From: Podarcis melisellensis
Lineage: Eukaryota
Length of the DNA stretch: 64,000 nt
Strand: one strand, 5' to 3'
Assembly (NCBI GenBank): GCA_964234715.1
Contig: OZ174285.1
Shown here: one piece after another, positions 39,057 through 51,179 of the stretch
Position numbering within the stretch: the stretch's first letter is position 1
Layout: the number at the start of each line of letters is the position of its first letter
Program-made: the position numbers and the translations under genes
Notes under the pieces: generated by a model
Databases searched by the model: none
What the model saw: only the letters and a program-made list of their open reading frames with translations
Told to the model about the DNA's origin: nothing

Positions 39057-42000
39057 GTAGGGCCCGCGAAATGTCTCTTCCCCCATCCTTCCACCCGTGT
39101 CTGCGCTTGTAAACCTTGCCGTGACTTTTGTCTGAAGGTTGCTTTGCTTGTCTAAGGGAGACACCATTCTGGGGCAACTGCACAAACGGTGCATGTGCCT
39201 CTCTGGTACCAACAACTTGCTGAAGTTGACTGTGGTGGGCTTAATTTGTTGACCCCATGGCAGAGGGGTGCAGAACTTGTGCCCCACCAGATTTTGTTGG
39301 ACTCTCTCCTCAGCCCCAACAGCCAACAGGGCTGGGATTGGGGCGAAGTTGGAGCTCAGCGACATCTTGGGGCACCAAGTTGGCTACCTGTGTTGTGTAG
39401 GAAAACCAGGATTATTTATGGAAGTGTTGCGTTGACACCACTGTTCCGTTGTGCCTGTAGTTTGTCTTCTGAGGCCCTTCTCTATGTTCCCTCTCCCCAA
39501 AAGGTTTGGAGGGTGACAACACAAGAAAGGGCCTTTTTAGTCGTGGGTCCCCCTCTGTGGAATGCTCTCCCCAGATACTTTCCCAACCCGTTGTGGGTGT
39601 GTGGGAGAGGAGACCCTTCCATGAACTACTGTGCTGCTCCTGGCTGCCTCCCGATTTCACCCCAGAGAGCACCCAGAAGCCGAGTGTTGTCTGAACAGGC
39701 CGGAGCAGAGAGTGGCAGCAGGTTCCCTCTCTGCGCCATGTTGGATGCTGCCCTGGCCAGCGGAAGGCCATTGATGTACCCCGGATCAAAATAGGCTCAT
39801 GTTTGCAACCTTGTCGTTATAGATGGATCAGAATTCACACAATGTCACTGGGCTCTTCCGAGGGTGGGCTTAGCACTGCAACTGTGTTGTTGAGGTATCA
39901 CAAAAGGGTCCTTAGCAGCAATGATATTTTTCATGGAAAGGGGAAATCTGAGCTAAATGTGGGGGAAATACAGGGTGGCAGTTTTAGGGGATTCTGCAAA
40001 ATAAGAGCATGCAAAAGGAGCAGCTATCTGACACTGATGTCAGGCTTTCTTAGCAGTTTCTCACGCAGGGCAGAAACTGTGTTTTGCTACACAGAGTATC
40101 AAAACACTTTTGTAATTCTTAAGCAGGTCAGCAGCCTGTTGAGTTGAATTAAAAGATCCTGACGGGTGTAAGAAATGTGAGATATTTTCAAAAAGCCGTC
40201 AACCCAAGAGCTTTAACAGAACAACCTGGCGAGTTTGTCTGTCTTCTGAAAAATGCTGCTTTGAATCATTTAGTGAATTGTTTTGAAAAGTAAAACTCTC
40301 AAGAGCGCTGAAGGCTTCTGCACACAAAGAGAATTGGTGGTGTGTGAACGACAAGCGGCTCCTGATGGCTGCAAGCAGACCCCTCCTGCCTTCACGTCCC
40401 CCCCTCCGTCTGCTTTCTTGTGGGGCAGAGAAACTGGCAGGATGCGCCGTGGAAAGCTTTTGCCACTGCAAGATGCTGCACTGGCGTTTCTCCAGAAGCA
40501 CCAAGGTTTTCTCTTGATGCATCTCCTGGGAGTGGGAGATAGGAGTACAAACTTGTCTGCTGTGAGCAGGAAGGTTCCTTGCGCGCCTGTCAAGATTGGT
40601 ACATTAACTCTTTTTCGTTATTCTGGCTTGTGCTTGTGTCGTGTTTCACTGTTCACGGAAGAGAGTTGTATTCAGTAGCATCAACAATAAGTTGGGTATC
40701 CCCCTTTGCATCTTCTATAACCTTTTTTGGAAACTCTTATAGTTGCAATACTCATCCTCAGTTGCACCCATTTCAGAGCTGTTCAGGATAGCAAACTATC
40801 GTCCCAACTGGAATTTGGTTCCAGTGGAAATAGCATTTTTCAATAATGGACCTGGTGGAGTAGGCTCCATTCCTGAAATCATTTGACCCAAACTGGAGCC
40901 TGGCAATTCAGTCATGCCCTCACACACGTGTGCAACCCACATGGTCCGAGTCATCAGGCAAATCAAAGGTTTGGAAGGTGGGTGCCCTCTTTCGCTTTGG
41001 GCGGAGTCTGACTCCCCTGTGTGGGACACTCTTTAAATGCAAAGGTGCACACTGGTTAAAGGGTGAATTTTCCACATTTTGGGGTTCTCCTCTGTTGCAA
41101 ATGAACCTTAACCAGTCCTGGATCAAATCGGGACTTGAAAGCTGTGAACGTTTGGCTGAAATCTTAATCCTTTCACACCAGATACGCTTGGAGTTCAGGC
41201 AAGCAAGCCAGACTGAATTTTGCTCTGCTGCGTTTGTCAGCAGCTGGTACCGCAGCTGTTGTGTGTGGAAAGCAAAACGGAGAAGGAGAGCCTTGTGTGT
41301 CTTGTAGATTTAAGTACTATGAAGCGAAAGACTGGTCAGAGACACCTGTCTGTCTTGGAGTTGCAGGTTCCTGTGCGGGGCTACTGGTGTGGAAACATTA
41401 CATCTGGGGTGCAAAATAATAAATATGTTTCACATAGCGTAGAAAAGACTATACATATGTAGTATTATTCTAAAAGTGTCATGTGGCATATACTTTTGAC
41501 TTCCCTTTAAAAAAGCTGTTTACATTTCCATAAGAGATTATAGTCCTTTTTGTGTGTGTGTGTGTGGGGGGGGGGGTATTTACACGCATTAACTCCTGGC
41601 GTAGTAGCTTGAATATTGGCAAAGTCTGCATGTTGTCCTTAATAAAGTTTTTGACACTTATATCCAGGTTGATGAATATTCATAGGGCTTTCTGGGTAAA
41701 TTGAAAGTGAATCCATCTGGAATGAGAGTCAGGAGAGAATTATATGTCAATAGCCAGGCTTATTAAATTGATACAAATGAATGTGTCTTACCTTCTTGTT
41801 GTTGGCAAAGGAGGACCATTTTGGAAATCCTTGTAATGTTACGTGGAGGTAGCAATGGGTATTCTCTGAGGAACTGATGGGGATCTTCTGATCTGGATTG
41901 CAGTGAGGGGCCAGGTCACATTTTACTAGAAGTTGCAGAAGGGGAGCTGCAAGTGCCCCCTTGGATTTGCAGAGGGCTCCTTCCCTAGAAACCCTCCCGT

Positions 42001-42750
42001 CTTGGCAGACAAGATAAACATACACATACTGGTTCTTTGTTAGTTTTCCTTCTTGTGGTTTTTTTTTTGCGGTTTTATAAAATACAGCCCGTTTAAGCTT
42101 CACATTCTTTGTTACGGGGCTGCGGACTGTGCTGCCTGTTTCCCGATAGCAGACTTCTACTGAGTCAAAAGGTTCATGCAACAAAGAGCCTTGTTCTTAC
42201 GAGCACTCAAATGTGAAATTGCTGATCTCTTAACAGAAACGTGGAACTTGTCCCTAAGACCCCAAGGACTGGAACATGTCCAATGTGACACAAATATGTT
42301 TAAAAGGGTTTCAGGTGTGGGGGGGGGGGAACCTGGAAATTACAGGTCGCTTAGCTTAACATCTGTCCTGGGAAAATGGGTGAAAAATATTGTCAAATAA
42401 AAATAACCAAGCATATAGAAGAAGAAGCCTTTGCTGAAGCAGAGTCTCACTAACCTATTTAGAGTTCTTTGAGAGTTTAAGCAGCATATAGATAGAGGTG
42501 TTCTGGCTGACATTGTGTTCTTGGACTTTCAAAAAGCTTTTGGCAAAGTACCTTGCCAGAGACTCTCCAGTATGCTTAGCAGTCGTGATATAAGTGGAGA
42601 GGTCCTCTTGTGGACCAGGAATTGGTTCAGTAACAAGAGGCAGAGTGTAGAAATAAATGAGCAGTTCTGTTGGAGGGAGGGAAGGAAGGAAGGAAGGAAG
42701 GAAGGAAGGGAGCCCTCCAGCTTTTAAACTTGTTCATAAATGATCTAGAG

Positions 42751-42888
42751 CAGCCTTTCTCAACCTGTGGGTCCCCAGATGTTGTTGAAGTACAACTCCC
42801 ATCAACCCTAGCTAGCAAGGCCAGAGTTCAGGGATGATGGGAATTGTAGTCCAACAACATCTGGGGACCCACAGGTTGAGAACCGCTG
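42751..42888. mobile_element. hAT (Charlie-like) palindromic MITE, 138 bp
   Basis: Long terminal inverted repeats (cagcctttctcaacctgtgggtccccagatgttgttg / caacaacatctggggacccacaggttgagaaccgctg) and 8-bp target-site duplication atctagag. Confidence 0.9.
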
Positions 42889-42896
42889 ATCTAGAG

Positions 42897-43143
42897 CATG
42901 GGTAGGCAACCTAAGGCCCGGGGGCTGGATCCGGCCCAATCGCCTTCTAAATCCGGCCCTCGGACGGTCCAGGAATCAGTGTGTTTTTACATGAGTAGAA
43001 TGTGTGCTTTTATTTAAAATGCATCTCTGGGTTGTTTGTGGGGCATAGGAATTCGTTTTTTGTTTTCAAATTATAGTCCGGCCCTCCACAAGGTCTGGGC
43101 GACAGTGGACCGGCCCCCTGCTGAAAAAGTTTGCTGACCCCTG
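42897..43143. mobile_element. hAT (Charlie-like) MITE, 247 bp
   Basis: Terminal inverted repeats catgggtaggcaacct / agtttgctgacccctg. 8-bp duplication atctagag at 42889-42896 and 43144-43151. Confidence 0.9.
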
Positions 43144-46100
43144 ATCTAGAGTTAGGGGTGTGGCCAAGTTTGCTGCTGATTCTAAGTCGTTTAGGTTGCT
43201 AAAACAAAAAACGGATTCTGAGGAGCCCAAAAAGAACCTCTGCATACTGAGTGAATGGGTCATAAAATGGCAGTTGAGAGGAATTGAAAATAAAACTTAC
43301 CAACATCATACTTCTGTTTTACACATCTGTGGGGTGTCTTCTTTTGGAATGCTTTGTACAGTTCTGGTCACCTTGCCTGAAAAAAGGATGCTGTACAGTT
43401 GGAAAAGGCTCAGAAAAGGGCAGCCCTTTAAATGATGCCTGACATGGAGACAGTGAATAGAGGAAAGATTTTCTCCCTCTCTCATAACCCTGGAACTTGT
43501 GGGCATCCAGCATAGCTGCATCTTGGAGTATTCAGGACAAAGAGAAAGAAAGCACTTCTCCAGCCTTCCCCTGTGTTGGGGCCATGCAGGTGTTATCACT
43601 ACAACTCCCATCAGCACCGTCCCCATGGAGCTGCATGGATGGGAGTTGTAGTTCAAAACTTCCAGAGGGCACCAGGTTGGGGAAGGTTGCTGCAGAGGTT
43701 TTGTCCAGTCAGATACTTTATGAAGCTCCAGGTGCTTCCTGGACTGTGGATTTCCAGCCAGTGGTCTAACAGGTCCATTCGCAAGTGGAATGAATCTGTG
43801 TTCTGTTTCCATAGGAAAATGCAGCTTGGATGTGTTCCTTCACTGGATGAGCCAGTCGGCGTTGGGAAAAATTGGACTGTGACCCCATTTTTTAAGGAGT
43901 TTGTTTAAGATGTGCTTTTACACAACAGCCGGGCCAATCCTCCTTCAGTCAACTGTAATGGAAGTTGCTGGTTATTCTTAGTGACTGTAGTAGTGAATGC
44001 ACAAATGCCAGAAAGCATCTTGACTTCCCTTTGCAACTCACTGGTCTGAAAATAATAGCACACCGAATCAAAGAGCCCAAACAGGCACCCAAGAATGTTT
44101 TGCATTTGGGCCATTCTGGGAAGGTTGACCTGCTAGCAGGTTGCCCAGGGGGGTGAACCTGCCACTTCATGTGTTTTTAAATCAGTCCATCACCTTCAGG
44201 AGCAAAGGAGGCTGCCGTATAGTGAGTCAGAGCCATGACCCATCATCAGCGTCTACTTTGATTTGGCCAGGCCTCTCTGGGATTTCAGGCAGAGAGGCAT
44301 TGAACCTGGAACCTTCTGCAGGCACAGCAGATGCTATAGCCCTCCCCCTAGCACAGAAGCAGGCAGGTGCACAGGTAAGTTGCAGCTCCTTCTTCAGACA
44401 TGGTCAGCTTAGGATGTGGATGCATTTTTTCTTTCCTTATTCTCTTTGCCTCGTTTTTGAAAAGTGTCCAATAATCTCATAAACGGGGCTCATCTGTCAC
44501 GGCCTTATGGTTTAGTATGCTTTTCTGGTGGTGTTTTGGAGACCCATTATGATGCATCAAGGGGCATTTTTGTGGTCAGGGTGCCATCTGGACAACCCGT
44601 TTGGCGTGGAGGCAGAACGCAGGAGTTGTGGGCACTTTGGTAAACACCAGCAGCTGCTTTTCTGTTTAAATAACGAGCGAGGGCTGTCATTAGGACACAG
44701 AAGTCCTTCCCAAGCAGAAGGGATACTGAATGTTAAGCCAAAGCAAATATGTGAAACAGAATTCTGGGGAATAAATTATGCAGATGAAGTCCAAACCGTT
44801 TGTGCACAGGAAGCATTTGCTTTTGGGAGAAAGAAAGCCCTGCAAACATCGTCTTCTCCCATTTGGAACCTTCTCTAGCTGAAGACATAATCATCTGGGA
44901 ATATCCCTCTTTTGAGCCCCATAGAAATAAACAGGAGATGCGCAGGGCACAGTTTTTCTATTATTTATCTATCTAACAAATGAGGTTAAGCGGACAGGGC
45001 ACCCCAGGAAATATGTCAAAGCTGATAATATTGAGAAAGAGCAAATGGTTAGAGCTGTTGAGAGGTGCAAAGGTGGCACCTTGATAAGAGCATCAGGAGA
45101 GCTCTGAAGCTGGAGAGACCACAGGGGGCCCATCTGGTCTGGCATCCTGTTCATGCCGTGGCCAAGAGAAGCCCAAGAGCAGGACACAGGATCACCAGCA
45201 GCTGGTGTTCAGAGGCACTTGGATGGCACTGAAGGGCTTGGGAGATGTTGTGCAATTCCCCAGCAACAAAAATTATCCAGGAGCTGCATATTGAAGGGGT
45301 TAAGTTTAAATCAGTGCTAAAATGCCAGCAGTAACCCTGGGTTTCCAAACGCACGAAGGGGTGAAGCTCCTGCAGTTCCCATCTGTTGGCTGGGAGACTT
45401 ATTGGCAGAAATGAAACCAAGAGAGCAGGCTAGAGAGCTTGATCCGCCTAATCCTTCTGCTGCAAACACTGGCTGGCTGCTGCCTTTGGGCAAACGGGTA
45501 TCCGTTGCTTGACTTCGCCCCATCCTTCAGCCTTGCCTTCTTCTCAGGTGGGGCTTCACAGCCCTTTCTTCAAACAGAGCTTATCCTCGCCCTGGGCTTT
45601 TGAGAGCTATCTCATCTCAGCAGCTTTAATTGGAGGGTCCCGCTTTTTGTGGCGGGTGCAGTGGAGAGATTTAAAGCATCTGCCTAAAGTACCATTGTTG
45701 TGTCAGTTCTGGTTCAGTGCAGTGGGAAGCTCCCTTCTTGCAATGAGGCGCAATTTGTAAGGACCAACAGCAGAGGGTATCTTCTCTGCAGCAAATACAG
45801 CCTTTCTGTTGTGGGTTGACTGTGGATGTGTTTGGAGGGGTGATGGGTCAGTTTACAGCAGGGGTGCCTCCCCCCCCCCGGCCCTCCAGACCACATTGGA
45901 CTCCCAATTCCCACCATCCCTGCTCATTGGCCATGCTGGATACTGGAGCTGGTAAGAGCTGGGAGTCCAGCAACATCTGGAGGACCACAGGTGTTCCCCA
46001 TCTGTGGCTTAAAGGGCAGTGTGGTGCACGTGATAGGAGGTGGCAGGTGTTGCTTTTTGCTCTTCAGGAGGATTGCATAATGTTTACATTGCTTGCATAT

Positions 46101-46843
46101 ATGAGATCCCTCATAGAACGAATTGTCTTAACAGTTGTGCAAAGGCTAGAACAATAAAACCCCTTACTGGGATTAAAAATCACAACGACAGGAATCTCTG
46201 GAACAGGAATAGCAACAACCTCTGGCTTATAGGGCAGTATATAAATTCAATTATTATTATTAAACAATTATCCTAACTTTGTCAGTACTGCCAGCTTGTG
46301 CTTCCAAGACTTTCTCCCAGGAAAAGAGCTGAGAATATCCTGAGGTCACTCTCTCTTTCTATCAAGGAATCACCGAGACACAGTTTTGGGCCATGTTCTC
46401 CTTCTCATTTGCCCTCTTACCTATTCCTTTTGTGAATTGCTTCTCATGACATATCTTGAATCGATTTCACAGTAAAATCGTCAAGAATAAAAACAATTGC
46501 ATATATGCAAACTATCCTATATATGCAGTTTAAAACAGCTGCATATACAAAAACAATTTCAAATAGAGACGCAGACTGGGGCAACCTGAGTTATATTCAC
46601 TGGAAAGGTTCTTTGTGTGCGTTTTCAGAGAGAGGCAGCCTGCCAGGGAGGAGGCGCAGGAGATGTTCCTGTTGTCATTCAAGCTAAGATACAGAGCTAG
46701 CCGTGTTAGTGGACAAGGTGGTGAAACAAGAGGAACAAGCTGAGATGCCCTTCAGCACCATGGTCAGCAGCACCAGCTGCTGTCTGATTCCGCATTGGGA
46801 TGTGCCAAAGCGCTACCTGCCCCTCCTTGCTTGTGTCTTGTGC

Positions 46844-47197
46844 CCTCGGTCCTGTATACCTGAAGGAGCATCTCCACCCCATCGTTCAGCCTAGACACTG
46901 AGGTCCAGCTCCAAGGGCCTTCTGGTTTCCTCCCTGTGAGAAGTTGAGGTTACAGGGAACCAGGCAGAGAGCCTTATCAGTGGTGGTGCCCTCCCTGTGG
47001 AATACCCTCCCATCAGATGTCAAGGAAATAAGCAACTATCTTACTTTTAAAAGACATCTGAAGGCAGCCCTGTTTAGAGAAGTATTTAATATTTAATGCT
47101 GTATTGTTTTAACACTTGATTGGGAGCCGCCCAGAGTGGCTGGGGAAACCCAGCCAGATGGGCGGGGTATAAATAATACATAATTATTACAAATTAT
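46844..47197 (+). mobile_element. 5'-truncated L2 LINE 3' end
   Basis: Colinear with 57689-58045, including the gccgcccagagtggctgggg...ggcggggtataaataa tail. Confidence 0.85.
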
Positions 47198-48855
47198 TGT
47201 TATGTATTTCTTATTGTGGGAATGCATTGCGAAAGAGAGGCTGTTTTGTTATTTAAAGAGGGCCCGTTTGTGTAGGAAATGAGCTTGCAGTTGTTAGGCA
47301 GAGTCTGCTTGACATGTTTGTGCAGTGTTCTTAACCCTTTTCCATGCTGAGGCCTCTGCTCTGACGCAGCCCAGGATTTTATCACCTCTCCGGTAAGAGG
47401 TGCATATCCCAGTTAATATCTGCCGCTAAACATTTCACGGGCCACAATCCTTAACATGGTGTTTTGTTCAGGGCTGGAGGAAGGTGATTGGTGGTTTGAG
47501 GAATTTGGTCTAGTTCCCTTGCTATGGTCAGATGGTTCCCTAGTTTAGACTCCATGGGGCAGCGGGGTGTGTGGATGTGGTCTGCCTCCAGAGACCAATG
47601 GATCTGGGAAGTTTATTGTAGATGAGGCCAGTCTCTGAAATCAGAAGTTGGTCAGGGTTGTTGACACAATTTCTTTCTATCTAGACACTTGAGGGGAGCC
47701 TCTTCTGCTCTGTGGTTTATGCTGAGCTGGGGCTGAGAAGGTGGGTGAGATTTGAGCTCAAGCCCCTCTTGTCTAGCGTCTGATGGATGTTACCCACCCC
47801 GCCTCGCCTCTCCCAGAGCATTGGTCTTCCTCTCCCTGTACAGTCAGTCACTAATGCATTTGCACCCTTCTCCAGAGCAGGAGCCTTTGTGTGTGGGGGG
47901 GGGGGGGAGAGTGCTCTGGCATGCATTTGATGGGCCATTTTCTGCTAGAGGCTCAGCTGCATCTTCTGTGGTTTATCCACCCACATGCTTAGGGAAGAAT
48001 TGCTTACCATACAGTTTATCTGGAGTTCAGAGCTTTACTCTTCAGGAAGTTGGAATGAAGTAGAGAGATAACTAGGATTTTTTAAATATAGAATTATGTA
48101 TACCTCATAGACATCAAAGCACTTGGCCTACATTGCCAAACTCTTTCTTTATCAGTTTTAATAATTCCTCACTGATTCAGCCCCAAATTAAGTCTTAGCA
48201 GTGAATTAAAACTCCAAGCCCCCACAGTGCAGAATGTTTAAACTCCTAACTGGAAGTGGAACCCCAGGGAAAGGCTGTCGCTTTGCCTGCAGAAGCTTCC
48301 AGGTTCCTTCTCCAGCTTCATCCGAATAAAGCTTTCTTGGAGAGCTGCTGCAGCTCAGAGTGGACCTCTTCCAACCCCTTCCTCTGTGGATTGTCTTTGG
48401 CTACCTTAAATTCCTTGGTATCTAGACTGAAGCCCTATTCTGCCTCCACGAGGAATGCATCCAGAGAGCTTCTGTGTGGCGGCAGCTTGTTCTGAGGAGG
48501 CGCTGCTATTAGAAAGCGGCTTCCCTGGTGGGGTTGACACAACTGCTTGGAGAGCCTCCCTGTTGGTGCCCAGCATTCCTGGCAGGAGGCTCCTGGAGTC
48601 TCTCACGGGTTGTGGCTGTCAGGCCTTTGAACCTGGCCTTGGACCATCGGGAGGTTCTCCAGGTTAGGTCTGGAGGTGATCTCTTTTTCTTCCTTCCGCT
48701 CTCTGGTCTGGGAGTGAGCTTCATGTTGGATGACCTGCCCTGGTGTGGCTTGTCTTTTGAGCTGTCACAGTCCGGTTCACGGGCGATCAAAGTCCTGGCA
48801 GGGGACATCAGGGCCGGGGGCAAGAAGGCGGGGTGGGAGCAGGAAGGAGGGTCCA

Positions 48856-49080
48856 GGAGCCAAGAGTCCGAGGGTCAGAGAGCCGGGAGTCAAGAAGCCA
48901 AGGGTCCGAGGGTTAGGAGCAGGGAGTCAAGAAGTCAGGGGTTTCAGGCACAAGATGCAAGGAGTCAAGAAGTCAAGGGTCCGAGAATCAAGAAGCAAGG
49001 AGTCAAGAAGTCAGGGGTTTGAGGCACAAGATGCAAGGAGTCAAGAAGCAGAGGTTCAAGGATCAGGAAGTAAGAAGTCA
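48856..49080. repeat. Purine-rich minisatellite with a ~38-bp period (core ggagtcaagaag)
   Basis: The core recurs at 48886, 48923, 48961, 48999 and 49037. Confidence 0.85.
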
Positions 49081-50374
49081 AACGCAGCAAGGCAGGAAAC
49101 GTGTTGCTGCGGCAAAAAGCCAAAGGGAAATGCTGACCTTATATCCCTTCCCAGCTCTAGCCACCAGGTGCTGTGAGTTACCAGTCAGCCTCACCTGTGT
49201 GGCCATGCCTTGCCTCTTCAGAACAAACTTAGGAAGGCCCCAGTCCTGCAAAGTCCTATTGGTCACAGGGCCTGGCTCCTGCACGCACACCTGACACAAG
49301 CTGCCACACACTCACCTGAGAGAACCAGGGCTTATTTTGGCTTCTCCAGACCCTTCCCTTTCCCAATAAACTTTGGCAACTCCCATCATTCGCCCTCCGC
49401 TAAAGCATTTTGGTCATTTATTTCTATCGAATTCTTCTGTGGCCTTTTGAAAATAGCCACACAATCTCTTCATCTCGCTCTCACTCAGAAGGCAGATCAG
49501 AAAAAAAAAGATGTGTTGATGACAGGTACATGCTCAGAAACAAGGAAGTATAATTGAAACAGCAGGCCAATGTAAACCAAAATAACAGCAGTTACTATGC
49601 TGTGACTAATTAATTAATTAAAATGCCTTTTCCCAAACACAACGTACCATAAAAATGGCTAAAAATAGGTTTAAAAAACAAACTCACGGTGGGTTTAAAA
49701 ACAATTCAGAATAAGCACTGAAAGCAGAGACCTCTTCATCCAACTGGAAAAGCCTTTTCAAACAAAAACGTATTTAATTGTTAATGAAAGTACAGATAGT
49801 TGGCCCCTATTGTATCTCGGCAAGGATTCTGTTCCACAAAACAGGGGCTGCCACATGGAAAGCCCTGCTCTGAGTTACTGCTTTTGTTTTATGGACTTTA
49901 AGGTGAAAAACTCCCATGGAAAGCAGTGACCTGCTGATTGTAGCAGATCTAAAGGCTGCCAGTGAACTTATCCCCAGTGAATTTTCTCTAAACCTTTTAA
50001 AGCCATCTAAGCTAGTTGCCATAATCACATATTCCGGCAGCAAGTTCTGTAAGTTAATTAAAAATGTGAAGTGGAATTTTCTCTTGTGTCCTGAATCTGC
50101 TATTAGTTAGTTTCACTAGGTGATCGAAAGAGAGAGGGGAAAATCTGATGGGAAATTAAACCTTTGCTTCTCATATACTGTGTGTAACCTCTGCCCCAAG
50201 CTCCCCCCTCCACACTTCATACACACAACTTCTGTCGGTCTAAAAATCTCCAAAAGTCAGCATTTCCTCTTCTTGGTGGTGCTCCAGTTCCCTGATCATT
50301 TTGAACCATGAACATCACTTTTGTGATGTTCTTTTTTGAGATGAGACAACCAGAAGTGTCTGTGATATTCCAGA

Positions 50375-50490
50375 CTCAGGTCGGTAGCCGTGTTGGTCTG
50401 GTAGAAATATGTATATAAAATAAATTGTCCAGTAGCACCTTAGAGACCAAGTAAGTTTGTTCTTGGTATGAGCGTCAGGTATCTGTGAAG
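50375..50490. mobile_element. Penelope-like element terminal fragment abutting the assembly gap
   Basis: gtagccgtgttggtctg...cagtagcaccttagagaccaa...tttgttcttggtatgagc resembles reptile Penelope termini (recalled). Confidence 0.55.
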
Positions 50491-50690
50491 NNNNNNNNNN
50501 NNNNNNNNNNNNNNNNNNNNNNNNNNNNNNNNNNNNNNNNNNNNNNNNNNNNNNNNNNNNNNNNNNNNNNNNNNNNNNNNNNNNNNNNNNNNNNNNNNNN
50601 NNNNNNNNNNNNNNNNNNNNNNNNNNNNNNNNNNNNNNNNNNNNNNNNNNNNNNNNNNNNNNNNNNNNNNNNNNNNNNNNNNNNNNNNNN
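50491..50690. other. Assembly gap (200 N)
   Basis: Run of N. Confidence 1.
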
Positions 50691-51179
50691 GAGGAGGAGG
50701 AGGAGTTGAAGTAACAGGAGCTGCTCAGCGGTGGTGGCAGCAGCAGCAGCAGCAGCGGTGGCGGCTTTCCTTTTCTTTCCCAGCACAATGCTGAAGAGAA
50801 GGACGAAGTTGAGCTGCTCCTCTGGCTGTCTGGGAAACCGAACGCAGGCTGGAGAGCCAAGCTGTGCCTGGGGAAGGGCCCTTCTAGAGCAGCGCTTCCA
50901 GAGTGACCTCGCCGCTCCTTCGGCTTCTCTGTTTCTCCTGCAGGCTCAGGGCAGCTGTGGATTTTTTTGATTTAAAAAGTCTTCCACTTTACACTTCCTG
51001 CCGCCTGGATGCTGTGGAGCCTGATGCCTTTCCCACCACGACCCGTGAAAGACCCCACCCTTGCCCGGGGCTGCTCCTTCTGGGAAAGGGAGCTTTCGTA
51101 GTCTTTCGCTTTCCTTTGATTTCCCCAAGTTTCTTTTCTGTTTGCATTTCCTTGTGCTTTTGTGTGTTTTAGCCGCAAG
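50691..51179 (+). promoter_or_regulatory. Candidate alternative first (5' UTR) exon or promoter-proximal region for bMunc13-2
   Basis: GGA, CAG and GCG triplet runs next to the gap, locally more CpG, ending in a perfect AAG|gtaagt donor at 51179/51180 upstream of the b exon. Confidence 0.35.

Larger units (their letters stand above)
42190..43540 (+). mobile_element. Degraded CR1 LINE ORF2 (RT region), interrupted by a (GGAA)n run and two hAT MITEs
   Basis: Frameshifted peptides LKCEIADLL, PGNYRSLSLTSVLGK, FLDFQKAFGKVP...WTRNWFSNKRQ and AKFAADSK. Confidence 0.85.

Noticed and set aside
48856-49080. Regularly spaced repeats superficially like a CRISPR array
   Set aside because: Vertebrate intron, the spacers are themselves repeated, and there are no cas genes. 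It is a minisatellite.
50440-50490. Possible Penelope-associated hammerhead ribozyme
   Set aside because: The minus strand shows ctgacg followed directly by ctca. The stem II and GAAA core are missing, and the sequence runs into the gap.
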